A stretch of DNA of 63,922 nucleotides, counting the filler, from Sphaeroforma arctica JP610 (lineage: Eukaryota), in the NCBI RefSeq assembly GCF_001186125.1. It is 10 parts of 3 records of this genome, joined end to end, with 100 filler letters (N's around TTAATTAATTAA, not from the genome) between each part and the next. Parts side by side here need not be neighbours in the genome. Positions count along the whole stretch, not along the records: positions 4,855 to 14,254 come from NW_014040541.1; positions 14,355 to 18,566 come from NW_014040541.1; positions 18,667 to 26,882 come from NW_014040541.1; positions 26,983 to 30,405 come from NW_014040541.1; 6 more parts are not named here. One strand, 5' to 3'. Position numbers and translations under genes: made by a program. The notes below the pieces were generated by a model. The model ran no database searches, had not been told where the DNA came from, and saw nothing but the letters and a program-made list of their open reading frames with translations. Of this stretch, positions 14,001-27,900 are shown piece after piece (positions within the stretch are counted from its first letter, which is position 1; the number at the start of each line of letters is the position of its first letter).

Positions 14001-17000
14001 TGAGGGATCAGACCGCGAATGTAAATTAGGGATAGCATAAATACTGGCTGTGGTTGGTACACAGCTGTATATAAAATGCGGAATATTTCATTCTCGTTCC
14101 ATACGGGCTTGAAGTCAATACTATTTATGTACTAAATAATTGTTGATATCCGGGAAATAAAGCAGACATGTAACCATCAGAAAATCTACCGCGGAGGTAC
14201 GCAATAAATTCCAGTCTAGGCGTGCGACATTGTACAGGTGCAAAAAAATCATATNNNNNNNNNNNNNNNNNNNNNNNNNNNNNNNNNNNNNNNNNNNNTT
14301 AATTAATTAANNNNNNNNNNNNNNNNNNNNNNNNNNNNNNNNNNNNNNNNNNNNTATATAAGTATATATATATATATATATATATGTACATATTATGTAA
14401 CTAAAGCATATCTACACCATTCGTGCATGGATCTTCAATTGTAGCATATATTGCAATCCCCCTATTCAGTGCCGATTATTTTATTTGTATTATGATCTTT
14501 GTTCTTGACTCCTACATGCCCTCGTATGTAGAGCACGAACCGGGGCTGTTCGTGATTCCTTGGCTGGGTTCCCGGGATTATCTGGCACGCTTTGTCTGGT
14601 GGTCACCGTAAACTTACTGATAGCTTGTGACGATGATAGAGATCGCCATCTCATCCCCCGAAGCAAAGTGTGTACTACATACTTATGAGCTATTATGGGA
14701 TTGTTCGTTCTAGTCTTACCTTACATTTGCAAGGCACGATCTAATGCACCTACAGTACGCCCAATCACCTCAACCTACAGAACAAAAGCAAGGGTTTCCA
14801 AATGGTTGACTCTGACAAGAGAGCTCGCGAGTCCTCTACAGAACCCGGAACCACTACATGGCCTACGCAGCCCCCATGCCCATGCCCAGCAAGCGGTGGG
14901 ACATCTATAGGCGATCAACTGAAGACTAGAGTTCGGTACCATTTTGATACCCGTATTTCGGATACAAAGGTACCTGAAGGTAGATCAGGTATGTATACAG
15001 CCCTGCATGGTCTTGCTGGTCCAACATCCCCCACGCCAGCGGTACGTGCTCGCATAACACTGTAGTCAGCAGAAGGCACTTGAGATGGGTACATCAATCC
15101 TGCCAATCATCGTAAACACCTGCAGGGAAACACAAGTCATCAAAAGTTAGTACTGTGCGGAAGCACGAGTCTCCGTCAATCATCATCTTCAACAACTGCC
15201 GTGAAAAGAATCATCACTCATGACAGAAGTCTGGCCAAGTGCGCATTACAACCGTGAGAACGGTGTAATACATGAGCGACAGCCCTGTATTCACAATCGC
15301 GCATCTCATGAGATACAAGTGTAGGCCAGGATGTAGCCCTTCTGAGGGGACGTCAAACACAAATAAATACCGCAACTTCTTATAACGATATTCCCACGCA
15401 AGTGCGAATATTCCCCACACGCTACCGTATTAGGGTTTAGGGTTTAGAATACATCCGGGCAAAGTTCACAACTTGGACAATAAATCCGAAATAGTGCTGA
15501 CCAGGGTTAGCCGAGAGCTTACGGTACAGAGAATAAAACATGAGTGTAATTTGACTGACGCCCATACTGCCATAAAAAGATGTGCAGCCGATGGATCCAA
15601 TGCACTGACTCATAGGCACGTATGCACCCACATCACACAGAACTACTATATATTATATAGAATCTATATATAAATGTTATACGACGGGTTGATTAGGACG
15701 CATTCCAGTCGAAGGGTTATGAGTACTCACCTAAGACCCACCCAAGACTGTATAGCCGAGATTGTGCAATGCCCGATAGTGATGCGTGAATTTCCGGAGG
15801 CAAGTCACGATACGGTTTGCCCCTAGCACAGAAATCTGGAAAGGATGTCCAAAAGATTGCCAATTATTTACATTGCATGTATCGAAAGAATCGCCAGACA
15901 TCCCACCGATGCTGAACATCTTTTGATAAAAAGGTTAAAGAATAAACTGTTTACATGGTGCATGGGTACGAGTGCGGTTCCAAAAATGATTTATCTCTGC
16001 GCGTTTCGCGCTCGCACTCAACACAATCCTAAAATGTATATATTTGTAAATACAGATATATAAATGCGCAAAAATCCTCCCACAAATATCCATGCTCACG
16101 TCAGAAGTGAACTCACCATTTTGTAGAAGAGGGATCGTTTTGGCTGTGTCACCGTGCGTGGCGAGCTGTGGAGAAAGAAAAAAAGGTAAAAATTAACTGT
16201 CCATATCTGGGATTCAGGTGTGTGACAACAGATGAATAGGTCTCTAGTGCACACAGAACACCTTACCCCATACATGGGAGCTTGACATATCACCGATTTT
16301 TTGGTTATGATCTCAATCAGATACTGGATCGTTCGAATTGGTATTACACTGCTGCAGAACTCTTAGAAAAGCACCGGACACCACTGTTATATCATAGACT
16401 ACATTCCAGCTCACCTACTAGCTCACTGACTCTTTCGAACGACCACAGCCCCGTATACTGTGTACGTACACACATCTACATTTATACACCGGTACATACA
16501 GCTTCCATGATATCCGGCAAATCTTCTACTGCCATAGGCACGTACTGCTCAGGTTGACCATCAATAGATTCCAGTTCGGTGGGTGAAGGAGGAGGGAGAC
16601 CAACTGCGGCCTCTAACGCTGCTCGATGCGCTCGCCAGTGCCAAAGTTGCGCTGTTTCAAACATCTGCAGAGGCCAGGTACATTGGCCAGGTATGATGAA
16701 GTATAAAACGCATTCATAGGGGCTCAAATGTATATGGAAAAACGTCGTGCAGATGTGTGATTTTGTATAGCGAATATAAGAAGTTATGCAAATAGAAAAT
16801 ACAGGAACTACGAAAACAAAGTACAATTCTCTACGGAAAAAAATGATATAATCAATGAATTCTAGTGTTAGCCAAAGTAAAAGTGGAGAGCACGTGTTCA
16901 TGCAATGGTGTCCATCGGGAACCTAACTTGAGCGTTTAATAATCACACATAGAAACCGAGCACAAGAAACGTCTCTGTATACCAGAGAAACTAGCCTACC

Positions 17001-17910
17001 AAGCGTACTGTTTCAGGTTCCGATCCCAAGAGTCCTGTGTAAAGATTAAATCTCACTTTCAAAGACTGTCAGGTGTAGGTAAACAGCCAGCGAACCCACG
17101 CCCATGAACTCTACAACAACCATAACAGACTAGATACCCACACGAGTGACAGAGCCGCAGTGCAACAGGTGTATAGTTGTTTGCCCGAGGACTCATAATT
17201 GTATCTGCACACAAAACCCAATATGTGAGTGCATAGAGTAGATCTACCTTACACCTGTCCATCAAGCACATTCACGCAGATGTATAGCATGTGTCTTCTC
17301 TAGTACAATACCTTCAGAACTTCTTGTTCGTCCCTTGTCTCTGTAGCAGTTTCCAGGAATTTGCTGTAGGTAGCTGGTGATCCTGGTGTCTGCGAAACGA
17401 CCAGCCTATCAAAGTGTGCGTCAAATAAGTGTATGTCCAGGCGCGGCTGCTTCAGTGCCCACAGCAATGAACCTGCGCGGGCAAACATTGTGATAGCTAA
17501 GATAACATGGAATGCACTTAAGTTTTGATCAACAATGATACTGCTTAGGAAAGCACAAGAACTTTAATGTAGATGATAATGTTCGAAGATAATCAAATAT
17601 ATTAAGGTCAAGCCCTAAATTGGACTATGGGACAATTTTGGTGCCAGTAGACCTGCAACTCACCCATAGGCAACTCGACATGATTGTGGTCGCAATTGAT
17701 ACCATCAAGCAAAGTGCACGCGACACTTGAGAACACGGGTCATACACGTAGCCCATACGTGGAACACGCATGTAATGGAACCCACACAATAGCATCAATC
17801 AACCACGCACAACCCCAAGACCCGTTTTTGAGGTGCGGCATTGGTACCGAACTATAACAACTCGCACCTGAATGTGGTGAATGAGCTCGTCCCAATGCAG
17901 AAGCAGTTGC
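11075..17910 (-). CDS. Multi-exon hypothetical protein; exon set incomplete and 5' end probably in or beyond the gap at 18567
   Basis: Several GT-AG bounded open segments: ~17312-17405 (LVVSQTPGSPATYSKFLETATETRDEQEVLK), ~16500-16663 (MFETAQLWHWRAHRAALEAA), ~14974-15059, ~13808-14000 (RKAYELEDRMRTYLGELLARL), ~12343-12451, ~11779-11878, and a terminal exon ~11075-11227 (ELVLPELASEMEEVKSQMNK...QTSDL*). No family recognised and not all phases resolved. Confidence 0.55.
14255..14354. other. Artificial scaffold spacer
   Basis: Same N/TTAATTAATTAA/N block. Confidence 0.97.
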
Positions 17911-18566
17911 TAGAACCCAGCAACCAAATTGACTTTGTTAGCACGCACCACGTAGGTGTTTTCCACACTACAATTGCAAGGTATAGCAATGACAGAGACA
18001 TGTCCAGATGCAAATGAAAGCGTGACCTCCCTACAAATGGGCGTGTGTACAAAGCACAGAACCAAACACAAATCTCGCTCTCAGCAAGAACACAGCCTGT
18101 TGGGCCTAGTAAAATACATGCCTAACGTCTCCCATTTCCGATCTTGTCTCTCTAAGTCTTTCTCTGTCCAACGCCCCGGTTTTCTAGTGAGTAATCTTTT
18201 TTCCTGCGTAACAGAAAACAAAGATGCAAATTTGATGAGACTCATAAACAATCCAGCCTCGACCTAGGGCAGGCATGCGATATCCACCAATTCTATTTGA
18301 ACTTCCAATAATATTAATAAACCACTTATCAGTAAATAATACTAAATGTATATATGTACAAATTGTCATACTCCTGGATATTCATCACGTAGTGAAACTA
18401 TGAAACCAGCCAGCCAAACAGAAATCAAATTCAAAACAGTGTAGGTCGCTCAGTTACCGAATATGTGAGATGAAAAAGATACGCCAATGTGAAAAAAACC
18501 AAGTTGCAAGTATAAGTACCTGACCAGTTCACAGCCGGTCAAAAACAAAGCACACGAACCAACATA

Positions 18567-18666
18567 NNNNNNNNNNNNNNNNNNNNNNNNNNNNNNNNNN
18601 NNNNNNNNNNTTAATTAATTAANNNNNNNNNNNNNNNNNNNNNNNNNNNNNNNNNNNNNNNNNNNN
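18567..18666. other. Artificial scaffold spacer
   Basis: Same N/TTAATTAATTAA/N block. Confidence 0.97.
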
Positions 18667-18718
<52 letters not shown>

Positions 18719-18968
18719 TGTGTGTGTGTGTGTATTTTTGTGCATATATAAACGCTCTTGTTTCTGCCTACTTACCGCGAACAGTGTATAGGTACCTAAG
18801 TTACGCAGATTGTATGCCACAGTTCCAAATCGAATCATACTCCCAAGAAGCCGAGCGACCAGTCATTGTATGTCGAGGCTGGCTCCGCGCATTCTGCGGT
18901 CGTGCAGCAATGCACAATGCGTATGTTTACTTCCTTTCAACGTGTCATATTTATTCACCTCCGCACAG

Positions 18969-21900
18969 AGCCGAAAAGCACACCTGAAATCCTCACGAGG
19001 GTCTTCAGATTCAGAATTTGTGATATCCCTTGCAGATGCTGAACAGGATGCGTCGGACGGTATGGTGTCAGGTGCCTCTCTTATTTTCCTTCGTGTTCAA
19101 TGCATATACAGTGGTATACACATAGCGCATACCTTTATGCATATTAGGTAGGGTCAAGCTCATATATATGCGGATGTATCTCTAGAGATATAACGGATGA
19201 TTTGATTAGAATTGTTGCAGCTCATACTTTCCTTAATAAGCAAGTGGTTTATGTAATCCAGACATATACTTGTGCCGATATAAATATAAGTCTCATTGAA
19301 TCAAATAGTGGTTCATGCTGTAATACCTGTTATGTATCTATGGCTCTGTCGTTTACCTTGGTGCATCACGTGCTTGCGTGCCAGGCTTTCAGGTATTGTG
19401 TATACTAGGGGCATTCTTGCAGAAATATGCGATATATACAGACTCCACTGTTGGATCATATCTCTGCATCAGCACCAACTTTTAGAATCATCTCAGTATT
19501 TGATCAGTCCAGCCATGCGTTGGTTCTCAAATTCACCGGATGAATCTGTTTCATCTTCTGACTCGGCCGCTCCACCCTCGCCGCTACCGACAGCAGCCCC
19601 GGAAGAAGTAGAATACGTAAAACAAGCGCCCAGAAAAAGTAAAGTTAGGGCAAAGACCAAACGAGGAACAGATGAAGTACCAGGAGAAGTCGAACGACGG
19701 AGGGTAAGTGCCAGGGGGAAGGCAAGGGTCAGACAAAAGAGGGATGTGTTGACTGTGTCTGGGAGAGCAGAAACATCGGATAGTTCTATGGGAATGAGCG
19801 AGGTAACGGATAGTGTGGGAAAGAAGTCTGGCTGGGCAAGTAGCAATAATGCATCGCCATTGAAAACAAGCAGGCCTTCCACACCCAAGGGACGGGCGGA
19901 AAAGGACAATTGGGCCCTGATTTTGAGGGCAAAGGACAGGGTTCGGAAGCTGATGAGAGAGAAACAAGCAGAGGAAGCAAAGCGAGGGGTAAGGGCGATA
20001 TAAGGATATATGTTGGATACATAAACACACACTCTTATATTGTTCATCTTGGTTGATATTGATTTAGCACTGGAACATACAAATTCTAACTGGCTATGTA
20101 TTCGTATATTGTATCGAGACTATTTTGGTGCTACTATTATAATGTGCAATTGACCATACCCAACAGAAAAAGCTGCCAGCCCGAGATAATGGTGATACAG
20201 ACTCACCAGCGCACGTGCGAGAAGTACTGGATGAGTTGGGTGACGAGGAGACTGCGCGTTTGTACCATGTCAAGGTAGGCGTACACACGTACGCGTGCAA
20301 GGCTTAGTGTCAGTTGTGTATTTACCCCTTTACCCTTTTGGTAAGCATAAGGGATGGATACACGTGCAAGTCTATGTGTGCTATATATGTTTGAAGTCGG
20401 TGTGCCATATGTAAATGGTGACTGTGCCCATACGCACACCACAGTCTTAGTAGTGCGTCTACACAGGGATGAGTATGGAGGTAGCACTGTTTTTAAGTCG
20501 ACACGTCTGAAGAAGCGGATGTTCTGATGCTTGTCCAATTCTCTGTCGTTCCACTAGAAATCACGTACACGTACGCTTCAAACGATCGTTCTGAGGTGGG
20601 TCTCAAATTCGGTTCCCATCCCTTCCAGATCGAAATGGGGAAGGAGAAATACGAGCGAGACCAAAAACTGTTCACAGTTATAGCAACCGGTGCACGCCCG
20701 GGTGAAATATTGCGAGGAATCAGAGACAAAACCAGGTTTGTGCCTCGAATAGTTTATTTGAAGCCTTTGATTGGGAATTTTGGCTGCATCTGTCATTTCA
20801 AGCAGGATGATCTTAGAACTTTACCCCGAGGACCTATGCGTATCAGAGGTAGTTACACGGTAATATCAAATGCTTCAGCCTGCGCTGCTTTCGACTTTCT
20901 CGTACACATCCAGAGACGCAGTAGTACGTGTGAACACACTCATCCGCCCCAGTGCCCGTCGTCTGCTGACGATCCATCACTCTGCGAGCGCGTGGGCTTT
21001 GTTTCTGAAGAAATTGGGCCAAGTGGCCTTCTTCCACCCGCTGTCATTGGACGAGCGAAGTGACTGGTTGGTGCAGCACGCGATCACCGAGGACTACGAT
21101 CTTGCCGATGTTCCGGGGTACGTGAGGTCGGATTGTAGGGTTGTTGTGGGCTTGGGTTTGCGTTGTATGGTATCTCAACGTGACGAAACACCTGGTTTAG
21201 GATTCGGGGTCACGGATTTAGGTGCAACACACCGTTGTCTTTTTTCAATTGTCGCTCTCGTTGGGCAGATGGGCATAGTCCTGGCGCGGATGCAGTTGCA
21301 CAAGCTTACAACCATCGCATAAGGGATCAGCATATGTGGGACTTACTACGTTCAAACTGCGGGTGCTCATACGTGTCCACTGAATCACGCGGCTGACCCT
21401 GCACACCTTCGCACAGCCTTACTTTGGATTTCTCATCGCTTGGGAGTGGGTCCAGCGCATTTTTAACGGTAAGCAGCTTTGTATTTGATATTTCGATAGA
21501 TGCGATTTTCAATTCACAAGTACGTCGTCCATTACTGAAATGCGGGTTGTATAGGGATGACTGTGTGTAGCGGATTTATACATGCATGTAAATATATGTA
21601 TCAAAATTCCTATGCGTTTCTTTTTTGCAAGTGAATGTGGATGGATTTGGGTATTGTCTTTGTGTTAAGTAACCATTCTATCCTGATCATGCATGCAGCG
21701 CTCGGAGCCGCAGATGGAGTTGGTGCTAACAAAGTCTGAAAGCGGCGAGGGCATCTCACCTGTGGAAGTACTTGGGATGTTCCAGAACAAACCGGGCAGT
21801 AAAGGGTTAAGAGGACGGCCAACATTAGGTACGTGCAAGGATGGCAATTGCATGAGAATTATAAGCTATAATTAACATATGAAATTATATGTTAAAAAAC

Positions 21901-24900
21901 ATACGTATTCATTAACATCAGGTACGCATCCGCCCTAGGATCGTGCATCCTAGGATCGTGCATATACTCTCTGAATGTCAATACGGGAGGGATTTTTTTT
22001 TTGGATTTTTTGTCTCGCATTGGTGTTGTTCAGTTGTCCTTTGGATCTGAGGCGCTCAGACTGTGTCATATTGCGTGTGTGAATTAGTTTTCATGCGCAT
22101 GTGTATATAGCTACACACGGTCAAAATATCATCTCGTCCTGTATTCCATCCTGTAATCTGTCGTCTCGTGTTAAATAGGCATTGTATGTAGTTTTGTGGC
22201 CTGCTTTCTTCGGAGTTGTGGTGAGTGTCGTTGGGGCTGCGTTGTTATCCTAATTAACTGGTTTTTTGTATTTCTGTCCTCTCCGTCCATACAGACAACT
22301 GAAAGAAATCTTTGGCGAGTGAACAACACATTCGTTACGATCTAACGAACCTGTTTTACACAGTTCTCATCACTCACTAAAGTTCATTCGAGATTTTTTT
22401 CGCTTTTCAGTCTTTCTGCGACAGTACTGGAAAGTCGAGTCCACACATATCGAGGTGGAGGCCTTTTCTGGTGTCTGTGTATCGGTGACAGACGGGAGGG
22501 TGTTACAGGGTGCGCAGATCAGTCCAATGCAGAAATCTGACCCAAAACGGAGTGCCAAAAACAGGGTTGAACATATGAGCACGACATCAAATTCCGACTC
22601 ACAATCGCACTCTGTGACCCAAAATGGGGCAGAGGGCCGACGGCTTGGAATTCGGACACCAGATATGAACGTATGCGAAGACGTGATGAAAGCCACACAG
22701 AATGGCCCGGGTCAATCCCCTCAAATCAAGGATGCTAGCGGTGACACGATTCTGCTGTTCTCGGGGTTTGAGAGGGATGAAGGGGCGACACATCCGACAG
22801 CCAACAAACGATTCAAAGCAGATATTAAACCAACTACAAAAGCGTCGAAGAAGAAGAAGGGCCAGAAGAAGTCTGCCGACGAAGCGGCCGCAGAGGTATG
22901 TGTGTGAGTTTCGGTAGGGTATTTCACTCTATACTAGCACCGAGTAGTGGGCTTGAAGCTCTACGGATTTGTCTCGCGATCCGGGCAGGGTATACAATGC
23001 GGCATGAGATGAATCAGAGTACACAAACATCACAGGGTCTGACACGGATGTGCAAACACGTGTGGTGGAATGGGACTGTTTAGATTAGGACGGTTATCGC
23101 CAAGAAATGTCCACACACAAGACATGCTACAAAGCCGCCATACCTTCAGTTGAAGATAGATGAGGGATGTGCATGCGTGGCATTTCTTAGCCCGTGCTGT
23201 GAGTCCCTATTCCTTGTAACTGCAAGGGTGTGCATACGTGGCGTCCATAAGGTAGCAACGTACCTAGATGCCTAATTGCTATCTCTTTGAGTTAGGTTTT
23301 AGGGTTTAGGGTTTATAGGGATTCCTCCCCCCCAAATATAGAATAGCTTGTAGGATGTGGGACATCTGTGAACGGATCGTCTGTATGTGGTCCATCCGAT
23401 TGATGCGCTGAGCACGTGCCTACGTGTCCTCCTGCTGGTGAAGTATACCAAAGTCCGTCGATTCGTTTGATTTCACTTTGATCAATAGTCAAAGTTTGTC
23501 CACTCAGATCAATGTCAATAGACAGCTGGCGTATTGTGGCGCCTGCTGATTCTATATCTAAGCCCCACGTGTCTGACCAAGACTATCACTACCACTTTCC
23601 TGCACAGATGTCGGGCAGTGAGAGCGCTGCGGGGGACAACAGCGACGACCCCATTCCCGACGCTACAACACAACAGACAGGTACGCAAACAACCACCATC
23701 ATATTTGGGGGCAATTTCGGCTCCTGTACACAGGGGCATGGGTGCATGAGACCGGACTGTACCAGACGGCAGCCACTTCTACTAGGCAGAGGTTGGACAC
23801 ACGCAGCTGTGGACTGTGTACCACCGCATGCCCCGAGATGACTGTTTTTCTCTCGGAATCGCGCCGCCGCAGGTCAGATCAGGCTCTATTTCACCCAATA
23901 GTTGTAATGTTTGGGTATGAAAATAACCGGATCTACATGCTGAATGTTGTAATTGGGACGGACACTCCCCGATAAACCAACACCCTACCAATTTCAGTGA
24001 CACAAGCTGCACCCTGATATCAGTCCAACCAGAAGCACTATGACACGTATACCCTTAGCACAGCATAACAGATCAAACCCGGACTGCATGATTCTGCAAT
24101 CAATAGCCTACACGATCCCTGTCTCGTCAACGCTGGCCTCGCTACCGTTAGACGCAACTTAACGCTTTGCCCATCTGACGTACTGTGCGGGGCAGCTGTG
24201 TATCAAACGAGGTGCACCCAGCCATAACCGAGTCTACTGCTATGCAACACCAGATTCGACCACACGTGCTCACCCCCATGGGCACGTTAGTTGACCCGCA
24301 TGAACACACTATTTATCTACAGTCGGCTTCATTGTCAGCAAACGCAACCTGCCACTCAGCCAATCAGAAGCCTTAGAGGCGGCGGATGTGACTGAAGAGG
24401 ACTTTCTGCGGATAAAACCAAGTTTGCGCGGTTTCACTGCGGCGGGATACAAGAGTCTGCTGCAGAAAATCATTCGTGCGCGCCCGAGCCAAGTAGAGCT
24501 ATTGGATGGCCAACGGTTAGACTCAGGTGTGTGGTGTGTGGTAGGATATCTTTTCATATGGCTGTAATGGGTATCTATCGATTGTGTGCCTATCATCTAT
24601 ACATCTGTTAGAGTACAGACGTCTTATCCTTTGCTCGTTTCGTACCGTGTAACGCCGCATAGTTTGTTCGAAAGCAGCGGGTCCTCAGTTGATGAGTTTT
24701 GCTAATTACCGTGACATTCTGACGCATTCTGGTCTCCAAAATGGGCTGACATACGTGAGCTGTGGGATATTATACACTAGTTGACTATTGTCTTATACCG
24801 TTGGCTATATTAAAGTTAGTGGCGTAGTTTGGGCGTTTGAGTTTGAAATAGCCCATTGAGTGCGGTGTTGGCTCTGATGGGCTGATGCGGTCGGTGGCGT

Positions 24901-27900
24901 ATCTTCAGTTGGGTCGGGTAGCTGTGCTGCTGCATGGGTTGCGGAATCATCGATGCGTACGATAGCTCTGTAGGTGCATGATTAGCTTGGCGCATACAGT
25001 GAAATGTGATGTGTGGGGTTATTAGTCTAATGATTCTACTGCTTATCGTCAAACAGGAGTGCAAGATATGTATACATATTGTTCGGATTAGCTGGATGTG
25101 TAGTACCACCCATGAAGACCATGCGATTATTAAGCGTGCTGGTTTCTTAAGTACAACACATAGTGTCGCGTCTCACGGCTATGTTGAAGGACAACAAGCC
25201 GTTACATGTTCTTACTATACAGTCGCCTGGCGGAGTTATAATTCGGTTGAAAGAGTTACTGAGTCTCCTATTAATGCAGGCCGCAATGGCTTGGACAGTG
25301 AAGCATTGTCAGCATGCACCAACGGGTGGGGAAAGATCATGGCAAGGATGACAAACATTTAAGATGATGATTGGAATGCTGGAACAGCTCGAACAAAAGC
25401 AAATGCGAACATTCGGGACCTGGCCCGTCCACCTATCTCGATCTTCGTTCGCATGTGGATCCGATGCCGTATACAATCAACTATACTGTTTGTAAGCGCT
25501 CATCAGTACGTACTTTGACACCCCATGTCATGCCACTCGTATACACCTTCACCCGCGCCCTCACATCGCCCACCACGTACATTCTCACTACAGGGCTCGT
25601 CCTACGCACGACCGTCATGCTTCTCTTTCTGCACGCGGGGGCTTTTGTGCCAGACATCCAACGGTACGTCACTGGAGCCGAGTCTGCACTGAAGCGTGTG
25701 GCTGTGTGTGTGTTGGAGGATTCCTACACACCAGATCACCAGTCACTGCTAAGCCTATTAGCTGCTGCCTGGGTGGCCCAGGCTTCGGCAAGGCTTTGGC
25801 GCCCGGGAAAAGTGCAGCTGAGTCAAGTATGTGTGTACGTTTTAGGGTTTTATGCGTGTGTGTACCCATGTGCACGCACACCTGCGTACGTGTTAAGCGC
25901 ACGAAAACTACTGATACGCCAGGCGTAGAATGCACCTCCAGGCACTACATTTATTGTCAATCCGATTTCGTCGCAACACAATCAAATCACATACAGGAAA
26001 GTTGTCCACTTGGGTCTGCGCTCTATTGAGCATAGTCTTGTCCCATCGCGAACTAGTATATGTGTCTGTGTGCGGATATTTGCCAAGAGCATTTGATGTT
26101 GATGCGGCCTAATACGTGCTAGTTTCCGTCATCAGCTCTTAGTTCGCATAAACGTAAACGTTTCAGGTGATTTAGCCTAACTGCTGTCGATTGATTACGT
26201 AATAGGCGGTCGCGGTGGCTATGCAAGCCTGGCAGAACGAGGACAAGTTCAAGTGGTCGCACATATCGGAAAGCGACAATAATATACGTAAACCTTCGAA
26301 TAAACGTACTTTGAGAGAGTACGTTCTGTCCAACAGTAACACCGCGCTTGAAAATTGTAGTGCCATGCTCGATCGTTTACGCAGCTTCCAAGGTGATCTG
26401 CTCATGGCCCGAGAGATTGCCGTTAACAAGGGACTTAGAAGAGTCTGCAGAGGAACTAGCACGGGTGAGTAGACATGCTTGCATATTGTAGTGTACACAA
26501 TTAATAGCGTTCTGCATCCCTAAATATCGTCGTGTTCGAATGTGTGCTCAAACCTGTGTGCGTATCAAATCAACACTCTGCACTTGCCTTCAGGGTCAAA
26601 CCACGGACTTAAAGCCGCAGTGTTTCATATGTTGCATCGCACGCTCTCGTCTGGTGTGCTGTGTCGTGCCTCGGTCTGTCTGTTGTTGCACTCGAACAGT
26701 GGTGTGGTGTTGGGTCTGAGTGTGGTGTTGGGTCTGATCGTGGTGTTGGGTCTGAGTGAGGTGTTGGGTTTGTGGTGTGGTATTGGGTCTGAGTGTGGTG
26801 TAGGGTCTGAGTGTGTTGTAGGGTCTGAGTGTGGTGTTGGGTCTGAGTGTGGTGTAAGGTCTGAGTTTGGTGTAGGGTCTGGNNNNNNNNNNNNNNNNNN
26901 NNNNNNNNNNNNNNNNNNNNNNNNNNTTAATTAATTAANNNNNNNNNNNNNNNNNNNNNNNNNNNNNNNNNNNNNNNNNNNNCGGTCTGAACGTGGCGTT
27001 GGGTCTGAGTGTGGGTTGGGTCTGAGTGTGGTGTTTTCTATTTATCGATGTGACCCTGAACTAGTGAGTGAGAATCGCAGGAAACTTTAGTGCCTAGGCT
27101 GCTAAGACACACAACCCACAAAATATCGTTCATACCCGTCATACAACCAAATAGACTCCAACGTTTTCATTAGATCGATCACAATCACACTCACTGCTGC
27201 ACCAGCCATCGCCCACATACTATTCCTCAGTTGCCGCATGCCTTCACCGTCGCCCATTGGGACCTCCACACAATGTATATACCATAGTATTCCTTAGTTT
27301 TCGAATGACTTATCCGTCACCTATTGGGTTCACCACACTACATACACACTGAACACAGGGTCGCTGCCACAGCCGCTGCAGTATATGTCCGTTCTGCACG
27401 CGGTCGACCAGCACTGGTGTCCAGATTTTGTGTACTTCTTCCCTCCCGATATCACGACTCAACTCAAAACCCAGACCAAGTCAGCCCCAGGGACAGGGAA
27501 AGGGTCTAGCGGCGATACGATTACGCACTTACAAAGTCCGACATCTACGCCGTTCAAGGATGTATTCAGTCAGGTGAGAATTGATCGGTGTCTATTCACC
27601 TGGGACAGCCAGATAGACACTTCTTTTAGTGGCGGTTATCGCGACACTCTCAGCTACTGTGGGGTGCTGTCGTTGGCGTGAGGTGGCTTCTTTTATATCC
27701 TCGCGTGTGTGCACACACAGTTATACGTGTCACCACTCACACTGACGCTGAATACCCACACACGCGACCATCCTAGGTTGCGCAACAATCCGGCGGAGTG
27801 AATACCCGATTGGCGTCATTCGACCCACTGTCAGCCTTCAATGTGCACGTGCGCAGAGCCCAGAAATTAGCTCTCCTGGCCCTCTCTAGAGGCATCCAGG

